NCBI GenBank assembly: GCA_002269645.1 | Contig: NIVC01002271.1 | Span: forward strand, 62,001 to 126,000 | Length of the DNA: 64,000 nt | Source of the DNA: Macrostomum lignano | Taxonomy: Eukaryota | Reading direction: 5' to 3' | Shown here: in pieces, positions 1 through 12,193 of the stretch | Position numbering within the stretch: the stretch's first letter is position 1 | Layout: each line of letters starts with the position of its first letter | Notes under the pieces: model-generated | Databases searched by the model: none | Seen by the model: only the letters and a program-made list of their open reading frames with translations | Told to the model about the DNA's origin: nothing | Translations under genes and position numbers: made by a program

Positions 1-104
1 GCCTGTCCGACAAGGAGTCTTCGGAGACATCAGCGGCTGCTGAATCTCTTCGTCGGCCGACAGTGTCGGTTGCTGGAGCCGTGTCGAACAATGTTTCTGT
101 TTGA
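1..104 (+). CDS. Possible 3' end of a gene entering from the left (LSDKESSETSAAAESLRRPTVSVAGAVSNNVSV*)
   Basis: GC-rich, exon-like segment open in frame 3 up to TGA at 102-104, followed by AT-rich/repeat DNA. The minus strand is also open here, so strand is uncertain. Confidence 0.3.
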   Translation, partial: LSDKESSETSAAAESLRRPTVSVAGAVSNNVSV

Positions 105-119
105 TGTTTTGCCTTATAG

Positions 120-700
120 CTTTGAATGAGTTGAGGGAATCCCCTTTTGAGGGAATCCCATTTGAAGGAGTTAAGGGATTCCCCTTTGAGCGAATCCAGT
201 CTGAGGGAATCCCCTTTGAATGATTTAAGGGAATTCTCATTTGAGGGAATCCCTTTGAATTAGTTGAGGGAATCCCCCTTTGAGGGAATCCCATTTGAAG
301 GAGTTAAGGGATTCCCCTTTGAGCGAATCCAGTCTGAGGGAATCCCCTTTGAATGATTTAAGGGAATTCTCATTTGAGGGAATCCCTTTGAATTAGTTGA
401 GGGAATCCCATTTGAAGGAGTTAGAGGATTCCCCCTTTGAGCGAATCCAGTCTGAGGGAATCCTTTTTAAATGAGTTAAGGGAATTCTAATTTGAGGGAA
501 TCCCCTTTGAATTAGTTGAGGGAATCCTCATTTGAGAGAATCCCCTTTTTGAGGGAATCCCTTTGGATGGGTTTAGAGAATCTCCCTTTGAGGGAATCTA
601 ATATTTTTTATGAATTGAGGGAATTCGCCCTTGAAGGAATCTGCCTTTGAGGGAATTCCCTTTTGAGGAAGACGCTTTAAGAAAACAAATTGAAAAAAAA
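120..700. repeat. Degenerate minisatellite built on TTGAGGGAATCCC with a ~135-bp higher-order unit
   Basis: Recurrent GAGGGAATCCC(C/A)TTT motifs; the block containing GAGCGAATCCAGTCTGAGGG recurs three times. Confidence 0.85.
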
Positions 701-1153
701 ATCCATTTAAAGTGAGACTTTCCCTGTTTAGAAACCCTTTGTGCATTCTCCCAAAATGATTCAAGCTCCCTATTTGGAAATTACCCTAATTATGATTTTT
801 AGTGTAATTTCTGTGTTGTGAGATTTGATTTTGCAAAAATCAAAATAAAATCTTCATGTACAGAAGTAACGCATTCAGTTTTTTTGCAATAATTTTGCTA
901 ATTAATTAAATTACGTGTATAATTATATTTCTTTGGCTCCAGGTTGGTATATTGGGATCTTGTGGTCTTCCTTAAAGCTTTACTATTGTTCTTATTGTTG
1001 TTAACTTTGCTCTCGAGACACTTTTTAATCAGAATCCGATTAGTGAGTTGCATGCACTCCATACCAACTCTGTGTCAAGATATTATTCCATGTGCACTCT
1101 CATTTATCATTCAAGTCGCCATCAATTCTCTGTTCTCAAATTCTTAGTCTTTG

Positions 1154-1683
1154 GTGTACCCTGCTCACCTGTCTTTAGGGTACCCTGCTCACCTGTCTTT
1201 AGGGTACCCTGCTCACCTGTCTTTAGGGTACCCTGCTCACCTGTCTTTAGGGTACCCTGCTCACCTGTCTTTAGGGTACCCTGCTCACCTGTCTTTAGGG
1301 TACCCTGCTCACCTGTCTTTAGGGTACCCTGCTCACCTGTCTTTAGGGTACCCTGCTCACCTGTCTTTAGGGTACCCTGCTCACCTGTCTTTAGGGTACC
1401 CTGCTCACCTGTCTTTAGGGTACCCTGCTCACCTGTCTTTAGGGTACCCTGCTCACCTGTCTTTAGGGTACCCTGCTCACCTGTCTTTAGGGTACCCTGC
1501 TCACCTGTCTTTAGGGTACCCTGCTCACCTGTCTTTAGGGTACCCTGCTCACCTGTCTTTAGGGTACCCTGCTCACCTGTCTTTAGGGTACCCTGCTCAC
1601 CTGTCTTTAGGGTACCCTGCTCACCTGTCTTTAGGGTACCCTGCTCACCTGTCTTTAGGGTACCCTGCTCACCTGTCTTTGGG
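1154..1683. repeat. Near-perfect 24-bp tandem array (GGGTACCCTGCTCACCTGTCTTTA), ~22 copies
   Basis: Directly visible; produces the VPCSPVFR and YPAHLSLG pseudo-ORFs; each unit holds the palindrome GGGTACCC. Confidence 0.97.
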
Positions 1684-2622
1684 TATCTTGCTATCCCATT
1701 TTTTTATTTTCTTTCTCGCTATTTTACATGAAAAAGGGCATTGTTTCTGTCAGCTTGCCGAAATCAACAAATTTCATGTCGTAAATAATCAGTGCGTTTC
1801 ACTGCGTCTCATATCATTCGTTCGCTCGGTTATTTATTTCATAGATAATTATGTTTGCTACATATTCTACTCTTACATTACTGCATAGAAAGTTTGCTCA
1901 CCTCTTCTATCGATGACTTCTTTTTTGAAAAAAAAAATACGTTAAATACGCGCTCTCAATTAATTTAACAGATTTTAACAAAATAAGCTTGTTTTTCGGA
2001 TTTATTGATAATCTTAGCTGCACGCTTCTTGTAAACAGCTGACTTCATGACAGTGTGCTAATTAATCTATACATGTTCTTCATTTTGATTCCGTGCTCCC
2101 ACAAAATTCTTTCCTTCTTTTGTTTTGTTAAAAAATCATTACTCGTATTTGTTCGTTCCAAGTTTTTTCCGGCTTTTTATGCCCTCGCTTTGGTGTGACA
2201 AATAATGATGAACTGTTTGGTTTAGGCTAAAAAGCCGGCCACTCATTGTTCAAGCTAAACTCTTTTTAATTTGAGGTTTTGCTTCAAGCACGAAAACAGT
2301 CTGGCATTCGACAAGCCTATTTAAGTGTCTTATATTGATTTTGACAGCAAGGCTTACCGCTATACTGCTGAGTAACAGAGTTCTAACAGGGTAATTATTA
2401 CTTTTCTCTAAATATTGCTGATGTATGTCTCGTGTATTTTCACTCAATGGCCTATGTACGAGTATACATGTACAAGTTATAGGTTAGCTAGATGTACCTG
2501 CACATGTATGTGTACAGTATACCCGACTGGCACTGAAGCCAACAAATCGATACATTGAGCATAGTGGTTTTTATTTGGATGGGGAGCTGGGATTCAGCCG
2601 CACCAGCGGCGCCACCTCGAAG

Positions 2623-3243
2623 GCGCCAGCACCAGGGGTGCCAGCACCAGGGGTGCCAGCACCAGGGGCGCCAGCACCAGGGGCGCCAGCACCAGGGGCG
2701 CCAGCACCAGGGGCGCCAGCACCAGGGGCGCCAGCACCAGGGGCGCCAGCACCAGGGGCGCCAGCACCAGGGGCGCCAGCACTAGGGGCGCCAGCACCAG
2801 GGGCGCCAGCACCAGGGGTGCCAGCACCAGGGGCGCCAGCACCAGGGGTGCCAGCACCAGGGGCGCCAGCACCAGGGGCGCCAGCACCAGGGGCGCCAGC
2901 ACCAGGGGCGCCAGCACCAGGGGCGCCAGCACCAGGGGCGCCAGCACCAGGGGCGCCAGCACCAGGGGCGCCAGCACCAGGGGCGCCAGCACCAGGGGCG
3001 CCAGCACCAGGGGCGCCAGCACCAGGGGCGCCAGCACCAGGGGCGCCAGCACCAGGGGCGCCAGCACCAGGGGCGCCAGCACCAGGGGCGCCAGCACCAG
3101 GGGCGCCAGCACCAGGGGCGCCAGCACCAGGGGCGCCAGCACCAGGGGCGCCAGCACCAGGGGCGCCAGCACCAGGGGCGCCAGCACCAGGGGCGCCAGC
3201 ACCAGGGGCGCCAGCACCAGCGCCAGCACCAGCGCCAGCACCA
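2623..3243. repeat. 15-bp GC-rich tandem array (GCGCCAGCACCAGGG), ~40 copies, with a short 12-bp-unit tail
   Basis: Directly visible; stop-free, giving the PGAPA, VLAPL and WCWRP ORFs. Confidence 0.95.
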
Positions 3244-3612
3244 TCGCATACTAAAATTAAGCATCCAATTCAAAACGAAATTCATTGCGATAATAAATCT
3301 TCCGTTTTATATTTTTTATCTAAACCGCCGTATGAACCGTCGTCAGCGACAGCTCGACTATTAAAATTATTTTTCTTTGCCCGTTTATTTTGCAATCCAA
3401 AGTTGGCGCTGTTCCAAAAAATATTTAAAGATCAACTGGTGTACTTTTATAAAGTTTTGTTTGAATACGGTTTTGGACATTATTGCTTACTGAACTTCTA
3501 CGAACACTTTTGGGGTTTGCGCTTTTTGCGTTTCCGAAAAAAAGAAAGAAAAAAAGACAAGAGGAGTTCAGAAGAATCGGGCCTCGTAATGTAGTGTTAG
3601 GACTCTGTGCAG

Positions 3613-5168
3613 TCAAAGGCCTGTTGGCAGAGGACGTTTCACTCGGTGCGCATTTGGCTGCACCGATGTCGGCATCACCGGCCTGCCGCCACCGTTGCAG
3701 CCGGGCAGGGAGGCTCGAATCACCTGATGGTGGTGATGCTTTTGCTGCTGCTGCTGCTGCTGCTGCTGCTGGGTTGCACTTTGGTTGTGGTGCAGCATCG
3801 AGCCGACTGGTGCGAGGCAGGACAACGGCTGCTGACTGCTGGCCTGGGAGCAGCGGCACGAGTCGCACTGGCCGCAGCCCACCAGCTCTAGCATCAGGTT
3901 CAGCCGGCTGACCACAACCTGTTGGAAATCGTTGCTACTATTGGTATGGTGCTGCTGGAACTGCTGCTGGTGCTGCTGGTGGTGGTCAGAGAAACTGGCG
4001 TCGGTTCCTTGATCTCCAGAAGCGAGCATCTGCTGCTGCTGGACGACGTGGTTGAACTTCGTATTGCTCGAAGTTGAGACGTTCGGCGGATATTCAGCAG
4101 CTGGGAGCTTCGCAGCTGTACTACGCTGGTGCTGACGGTAGAACTCGGCCGACTCTTGCTGCTGCTGCTGCTGCTGCTGTTGTTGTTTAAACTTTGGCGC
4201 CTGCTGCCGCTGCTGCGGCTGCTTCAACTTCTGCTGCTGCTGTTGCTGCTGCTGCAGCTCCATGTAGTGTTGGTGCTGCATTATTTGCTGCTGTTGTTGC
4301 CTACGCGACTGCTTCCCGTTTGCGGTTGGACTGCGGCCGTACAGGGCGTTTTGAGACTCCGCATTCCGCTGACCGCTGGGTGCAATCTGGCCTGTCTCCA
4401 GCTGATGATGCTGATGGTCAGGGCAGCTGGACTCGCTCTCTTGATCGGGGGTATAGTCTTGGACAATAGGCACGTTGCGCGGCCGCTGAATCGGCTTCTG
4501 TCCGAAGCTCATGCTAACCACCTGCTGTTTATTATTGGGTCTCCGTGACTGCTGCTGCATTTGCATCTCGTTCATTGGCTGGTGCTGGTGCTGCACCTGT
4601 TTACAACGAGGCTGCTTACCAACAGCAATAGTCACTCTTGGCTCAGAGCTCTGATCCGCGTACATGCCAATCTGCTGTTGATTATGATGGAGACGAACGT
4701 TGTCGCAGTTTCTGTTGACATCTTCTGGGATATTTGGATGCCGCTGCTGTCAGAATTAGCGGTGATCGAGTGCCAGGTTGTATTTATAAACTGTGTGACC
4801 AATGCGAGAAATTAATATTTACATTTGTCTATTTTAGATTTACACGGGGCTTGTATACTTACGCGAACTTCTAGCTGTCGAGGATCTTCCGAGGAGCTGC
4901 AGTCGCTGTCTTGATTAGAAGACAGCCCCATCGGGTCGCTGGCGCTGTACTGTAGCGGAACTTTGCTGCCAGTTCGCTGTGGCTGTCGCCTGCAGCTGGC
5001 AGTAACGACTGAAGACGGCTTCTTCGGTTTGTAGATCTGGTGCGTCTCTCGTTCCCTGATGTGATCTCCGCTGCTGCACATTGGAGCTCTCATCGGAGGT
5101 TGGTAGCTGTCTTCTTCATCGTAGGCGTCGTCGTCATTCGGGCTGGGGCAGCGGCGTTGCTGCATCAT
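3613..5168 (-). CDS. Gln/His-rich low-complexity protein, ~479 aa, no recognisable domain; exons 5168-4863 and 4746-3613
   Basis: ORF 4812..5252 ends at a CGC|GTAAGT donor (phase 0); intron 4862-4747 ends CTAATTCTGACAG; this joins in frame to the 3613..4665 ORF, stop TGA at 3615-3613. First ATG (MMQQRR) at 5168; an upstream exon is possible. Confidence 0.7.
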
Positions 5169-5644
5169 GTTAATTGCTGTATTGATGATAGCTTTGTGAA
5201 TGCAACGATTCCGCTGCAAGTTGCGATGTGTGACTTGCCCTCCTTGTGACAAGAGTAGCTAGCTAGCTGGCTTATTTAGTGTTTTCAGAACTACATGTAT
5301 AGAATGCAAAATTGCTTACGAACTGTAATGACGAGCTAGCATACCATAGACATTCAAGGGACACTAGAGACAAATTTGAGCAGATATAATATGCAATTGC
5401 ACGTAGCTATCTAGATTAGTAAAGAATTATCAACCTCAATCCTCTCTCTCTCCACGGGGTAAAAGCAACAAATACGCTGTCAGGTAGGGTTTAGACACCG
5501 ACCGGGATATTTAATCATTACACTTTTAATTGACAGCATGACCTAATGTAGCTAGAGTCTTGAATACAATATCACGCTTCGAGCGCAATACCGAATTTTT
5601 CGTTGCATATCTGAAAGTACGTTTAACATATGATGAAGTGAAGT

Positions 5645-7493
5645 TAATATGGGTTTTCTCGGGCCTGGTAACATGCAGGTCTTTGAATCGCACCGCTACC
5701 TGCACCAATGAAGTAATACAGAGCTCTTGGGTTGTCTCAGGCTCTCTCCTGCCAGGAGCTTACTTATCAGTAGCGTTGGTAGTTGCTGCCACCAGTCCCT
5801 TCGGGTCTCAGCCTTCTGTGAGGTGAGGATCCCGTGGGAACGAAATAACAAAGACGAACGAACTCAGCACAGCGTGCAGATTTGAAGTTTAACGAACAAG
5901 GCCAGGCGTCTGGTCAGCAGAATCACAGGTATCCGTCGGGCTCAGTGGGTGGTTGGGGAGGCCGTTTAGCCTAGCTTAGGCTTGGGCGTCTAAGTTTAGT
6001 CAGGCCAATAAAGCGAGAGTTGATTGGACAATAGAACTGTCAGAAAACTTCGGAAACTGAGAAACTATAGAGACTACGAACAAGTTAAGAACTAAACTTG
6101 AAAACACTAGAACTCCTTGACTGAACCAAGGGTGAGGGCCGTCCGTATTTAGTCTGGGATTCTTCACTGCCCTAATGGGGAGCACCCCAACTGCCAGCCG
6201 GAAAACTGCCAGCCGACAACTGCCAGCCGGAAAACTGCCAGCCGACAATTGCCAGCCGACAACTGCCAGCCGACAACTGCCAGCCGGAAAACTGCCAGCC
6301 GACAATTGCCAGCCGACAACTGCCAGCCGACAACTGCCAGCCGGAAAACTGCCAGCCGACAATTGCCAGTCGACAACTGCCAGTCGACAACTGCCAGCCG
6401 ACAACTGCCAGTCGACAACTGCCAGCCGACAACTGCCAGCCGACAACTGCCAGCCGACAACTGCCAGCCGACAACTGCCAGCCGGAAAACTGCCAGCCGA
6501 CAATTGCCAGCCGACAACTGCCAGCCGACAACTGCCAGCCGACAATTGCCAGCCGACAACTGCCAGCCGACAACTGCCAGCCGACAATTGCCAGCCGAGA
6601 AAACTGCCAGCAGTTTCTCCTTCACATATATACTTCTAATGGAAATCTGAAAAATTTAGGGAAGGGAAGGGCGACATTTAAGCTAGGCTACCCCACAAGC
6701 CTTTTGCTAGCCAAACAGTTTCGTGCTTTTTACTTAGCTAATAAGTAGGCTACAGTAGATTCAATTAGCTAGAACTTGTCGGCTGGCAGTTGTTGGCTGG
6801 CATATTTCTCGGCTGGCAGTTGTCGGCTGGCAGTTTTCCGGCTGGCAGTTTTCTCGGCTGGCAATTGTCGGCTGGCAGTTTTCCGGCTGGCAGTTTTCCG
6901 GCTGGCAGTTTTCTCGGCTGGCAATTGTCGGCTGGCAGTTGTCGGCTGGCAATTGTCGGCTGGCAATTGTCGGCTGGCAATTGTCGGCTGGCAGTTGTCG
7001 GCTGGCAGTTGTTGACTGGTTGTCGGCTGGCAGTTGTCGGCTGGCAGTTGTCGGCTGGCAGTTTTCCGGCTGGCAGTTTTCTCGGATGGCAATTGTCGGC
7101 TGGCAGTTTTCCGGCTGGCAGTTGTCGGCTGGCAGTTTTCCGGCTGGCAGTTGGGGTGGACCCGCCCCAATGTTCACAAGACCTCGTGACTCTGTTCTAT
7201 TTTTAGAACTGACATCACTTGGGGTCGAGTCACTCGATCTTTTCTTAAAGAAATTAAAGGATCGAAGGGCATCGGGCACGTAATTTCTCAGTAAATACGG
7301 ACCAGCAAGTGCAGTAAAACATGTTTACTGCACTTTTGGACTTCGAGAAAACACAACTTGTCATGTGTGACTTGCTCGCTCACATGACAGGAAAACAGGC
7401 CACCAGCGTGACCTCGATCGGAACAGGAACGAAACGCAGAGCAGGCCACAGCAGCGAGAAGCTCGTGGCTCCAAACTACACGCTCACTACTCA
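5645..7493 (-). mobile_element. Degenerate solo-LTR-like element related to 22286-23337, interrupted by a foldback element
   Basis: Collinear shared blocks with 22286-23337 (GGTCTTTGAATC; GCTGCCACCAGT..GAGGTGAG..GGAACGAAATAA; GACCTCGTGAC..GTTCTATTTTTAGAACTGAC; GTGCAGTAAA..ATGTTTACTGCAC; CTCACTAC). Ends approximate, no clear TSD. Confidence 0.65.
6178..7163. mobile_element. Non-autonomous foldback/Mutator-like element with arms made of 14-bp tandem repeats
   Basis: Left arm (AACTGCCAGCCGAC)n ~6186-6612, right arm its reverse complement ~6776-7152, ~160-bp spacer; termini GGG..CACCCCAACTGCCAGCCGGAAAACTGCC inverted; flanked by GCCCTAATG (6169-6177) and GCCCCAATG (7164-7172), a 9-bp TSD with 1 mismatch. 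Confidence 0.8.
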
Positions 7494-8235
7494 TTATCAA
7501 GGAGCACATGTGTTTTACATATATTTAAGCACCAGGGTTTATATTTAGTGGAGAAGGCTATAGACGCTAAGCATACTAGAAATCCGCGTGATCGCTGTAT
7601 AACCATTATTTAAATACTGGCAATAAAGCCGTATGTTTTATGCGCAAGACTTTTTATCCAAAAAGTAAGAAGCAATCTAACCGTGGACAAAAAGCAAATA
7701 GGAAAACCAGGATTCTGTCGTAGAACGTTAAAGCCTTAGCAAACAAAGAGACAAGTGTCGTCGTTCATTAAAGTGGTTTTTCGCACTAGTTTAAATTACA
7801 GATTTTCGCGAAAACACGGCGGGATTTTAAAGTACGTTTGGAACTGCCAGAAATCTTACTAAACGGTCATTCATTCATATGACTATGTCAATCAAAACCA
7901 CAGTACCGCACAGACATGCCAGGAAAAAATCTAAAATTTAAGTAAGCATTTAAAAGACCAGGCCATCAGCTAATCAGAAAATAATAGCAGACACTTAAAT
8001 CTTAAATTCAAAGAAATGTTAAATTACAACCATTGGCATTACAACACTGCAGATAAATCCTATTCAACATTTTTTGCAAAAAAGCTCAGTGAGATGGTCC
8101 ATGTCATGTAATTTAGCAATTCTAATACCAAGATTTTCAAATTATTAGTTTACTTGCAAGGGCTGCAGGCAATATTGACAAGAACAATAATTAAATAGCC
8201 TAATTTTTTAAGTTTTAGGCCTATGTCAAAACCAA

Positions 8236-8524
8236 GGCAATGGCTAGAGTTCCGGCACCGGAACCCGTTTTCTAATGGCTATGGATCTGGCAGTGCCTTA
8301 TAGAAGCATATAAAAAACGACAAGAACATATCTTTAGAAGTCTGAACATCAGAAGCATCTCGTTTCGAATTTTATCATATCGTTGTAAATCTTATTTAGA
8401 ACAAAATATCAACATCAGCCACCTGTAGAAAGAAAAACATAATGTTTCGACTGTATTATAATAGCACTGCCGGATCCATAGCCATTAGAAAATGGGTTCC
8501 GGTGCCGGAACTCTAGCCATTACC
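8236..8524. mobile_element. Mutator-type MITE, 289 bp
   Basis: 61-bp TIRs (8236-8296 and 8464-8524, 3 mismatches) starting with GG; perfect 9-bp TSD CAAAACCAA (8227-8235, 8525-8533). Confidence 0.9.
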
Positions 8525-10873
8525 CAAAACCAAACAGCAAAGGCTAGGGCCTTGAACCCTTTCACGTTTGTAATTGTATTATAGTTCTAATTTTGTTTAA
8601 AATCACAAAAGAAATGTTTTCATGATATACCCAAAGTTATACATAACACTTTTGTATTTTTATTAGCCTATATTTATATTGCATATAGGCTTAATATATT
8701 TTAAGGTGCATCATGTATATATTTATGTGTCATGTCATTATGTCATGTACACCAAGATATATGTTGATATATGCTAAAAATGGCAAGTAGGCCTATCTAA
8801 CCTTGTTATATGCTAGAAAATCTTAGTGTAGCCTATAAAATAAATTTAATTTATATTTGTCAGGCGGCCAGGCTTTAAGGCCTATATCTATATATTGCTT
8901 TCCAAACTATGGTCTATCTATAATCATATATGTGCAAACCTCCAAAATTTGGTCAGCCATATGATTTAGTTTTAACAAAAAATACAATGTAGTTTTTGGC
9001 CAAAACTGTGACTTACATATAAAGAAACCCTAAATCAAAATTAATGCAACTTTGGATAAATGGCAAGAGTTAGGCCTAACTATGATTGTCTTATTAAGGC
9101 AAAATGCCTCATTATCTATTTATATGTACTACTTTTACCTACTAGATATTTATTTGGGTGGGCATTTTTTGACTTACCTTGGTTGGCCACCAAATCAGTT
9201 GGCTAGATTGGCCAACTTGGCTAACTGTTGCGCATGTATGTCTGTCTATATTCTATAATGCACATTGTTTTATTGATTTTTATATTAAAAAGATACTCTT
9301 AGCTTTCTTAAAGTCTCAAAATTTGACTAGGCCTAGTACTAACTTCAAATTTCTTAAAAGAGTAAACTTCATCAAAATAATCTTTGATTTAGGCAAATCA
9401 TTGACTTTTTTATTCAAGTATTCTTTTATGCCTTCATAGCCTAGTTCATTATTGATACTTGACAATTGATACCATATTTGATACTAGAATGTCTATATAA
9501 ATAGATAGATATTATAATCATGTCCTCCCTTAATTGTCCTTAAAGTTCTTTATGCAGTTTTTATAGAATTATACTAGAATATACAATGGCAAATAAACTA
9601 GAAGACTAGCTCATTCTCCTTCAACTGTATCTTCATTGTGCTATTCTTAACTTCTATTCTGGAGATATATGAACTCCTTTTGAGTTGCTTATATAAGCTA
9701 TTAAATTCTATTTTTAATATGAAGGCAACTCTTCTCATTCTCAAAGCCCTAGGTTAGAAAAATATATGCACCTGAATGTATCCTTGAATCCAAAGATAGT
9801 AGACCCTATATATACCTAAAGTGCATTTAATGCATTTAATACTTGTAACTCATACTCACACTTTGCCAATTAGCGTTATCCTGTTATTGCCCTTGCCCTA
9901 TTCATTTATATGCATGACTGCAATATTAGAACCAGTGCTATTGCCTTTCCTCAAGCATGTCTTCTCTCTAAGCAACTTGTCAGCATGAAGCTACTTGTAT
10001 TGCAGCATAAATATAAAGCACAAGATTATAAAACATAACATTCAAGTATAAAGCACAGGATTACAAGACAATTGTAAAGTATCCTGGAATATGGAATTTC
10101 ATTATAATCATTGATTGCATACTTCCATTGAGAGTAGTCCAGAATGGACTGTCCCTTTGGTTTAAATGGGATTCCTGATGCTATGCAACCAAATCCTCAT
10201 AAGTGATCTAGTATAATTCCTGTATGCTGACAACACCAATATATTTTTAGTAATGAGCAAGAGCAATGATAAATAAAAAATGAAGTAGGCAATGGAGAAG
10301 GTTTAATTGGACTTGGGTAAAATAGTCAATACACTATCATGACAAACATCAAAGATAGCTTATATGCTCTTATCCATTATTCAAATATGAATAGAATTTT
10401 ATTGGAATTATGACTATTATTGGCAATAATTTTCTGCCAAATGTGTTGCTGCCTTTTGAGAATAAAAAATAAGGGTTTAAAACATGGTGATTACAATTAG
10501 GATTTATTAAATCTTAGAAACAAATTCGCAATCATTTTTTGGATAAATTACCTAGGTTCTAAAGTTATTGATGCAAGTATCATTGCTGCTTTTGGTTATA
10601 TAACCTATAGTTCTTCTTAGCTCTTGGATTTATTCATTTAAAAAAATTAACCAAGTGAACTGCAGTAGCATGAGCTATGTTAATACAATCAGTTCTCTTT
10701 ATGAAATATTCTATTTTTCAAGTCTTGAACTTTCTATATTTGATTGCATGAGAAGAGCTGCATAGTGTATACCAAATACAATAAAATTATATACAGACTC
10801 AAAAGTTCATTTGTCCATATTCAAGTGCAACTGTACCAATGTGCCTTAATGCCAAGCTGAAATAACATATATA

Positions 10874-12006
10874 ATGCCTATTGGATCTATAAAATTCTAT
10901 TGGCATTTGGTTGGACTGGCATTGGCAGCATGCCTGCAATCTAGTCTATTATTTACCTGGCCGCTAATTGGTATAGAGAGTGGCCTGGATGCCAACAGTC
11001 AGTTTGCCATTCGCTTAGGTGCTTGCTGGCTACTCTCTACCCCAATGCTACTATGCCTACCAGCTTGGCTAGCGGCTGGCCGCCTGGGACCCAGATGCAG
11101 TCTATGGCTTGGAGGCTGTCTGGTTGCTATGTGCCTTACTGGCCCGTTTATTGTTGGCGGCGACGGCGCCTGGCTAGCGGCTCTGTCCCTGTGCGCTGGC
11201 TGTTTAGGCCTGTCATTAACTAGATTAGTCATCACTGCGCCGCCCGTATTTCTACTACCCTGGCTGTTGCCATGGCAACTAGGCCGTCAGCAACTATTAT
11301 TATTAGCTGTGTGCGCATGCGGCGCCGGCGCTAGTATTGGCGCCATATTAGCGCCGCCATTGTTTCGTCTATTGTGCGATTGGTTAAGCTGGAAAGGCGC
11401 TTGCTTGGCTACAGCCGGTTGCCTGCTAAACTGGCTAGTGGCTGGGGCTTTGATGTTGCCGACGCCGCAGCCTCCGCCGCAGCCTCATCATCAGCCAGAA
11501 GCTGACACGTCGAGGCGGCCAATACCGGCATCGGTTCGAGATCCCAACTACTATTACTGTCTGTATTATTACTGCAAAGTCCGCGGCGCTGTGCTGACTC
11601 TGGCAACCGACAACGAGCAATGTTACCATGGTAACGGAGAAAAAGCAAGAAGCGAATCGTCAGCTGCAGGGGCAACAGCAAAACGGAAGCAGCAATCCTG
11701 CGACAGTGGGCTCGGAGATTCGATGAATTTGAGCGCCGGCGCTTCCAACAGTCGCTGCAGTGGCGCCGCCTCTCGACACGCCGTTTTGGCGCCGTCCGCG
11801 GAGTCCGCGTCGGCTGCTGCTGAAGTTGAGCGGGAGGAACTGGCTAGCTGGCAGCCGGGGTCGAGACTCCAGCGCCCAGGTCATGAGGCTGCGGATGAAC
11901 ATCAGGGGCAGGTGAGTGATCTGTCTGAGTGTCTGTCTTTCTGTCTGTTTGTCTTTCTGTCTGTTTGTCTGTCTGTCTGTTTTTCTGTCTGTCTGTCTGT
12001 CTTTCC

Positions 12007-12050
<44 letters not shown>

Positions 12051-12081
12051 GCCCGTCTGTCTGTCTGTGTCTGTCTGTCTA

Positions 12082-12128
<47 letters not shown>

Positions 12129-12141
12129 GTCCGTCTGTCTA

Positions 12142-12193
<52 letters not shown>

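Noticed and set aside
6175-7283. PADNCQ, TASRQL and AGSCRL ORFs as a transposase or repeat protein
   Set aside because: Translations of the 14-bp foldback arms; no DDE or other domain.
5645-7493. The two LTR-like copies as the paired LTRs of one full-length retrotransposon
   Set aside because: They are too diverged, 15 kb apart, with a host gene and no gag/pol between them; the second copy has its own TSD.
9860-10000. Possible decayed exon on the minus strand (HADKLLREKTCLRKG...)
   Set aside because: Interrupted by stops, no recognisable family, too short to support.
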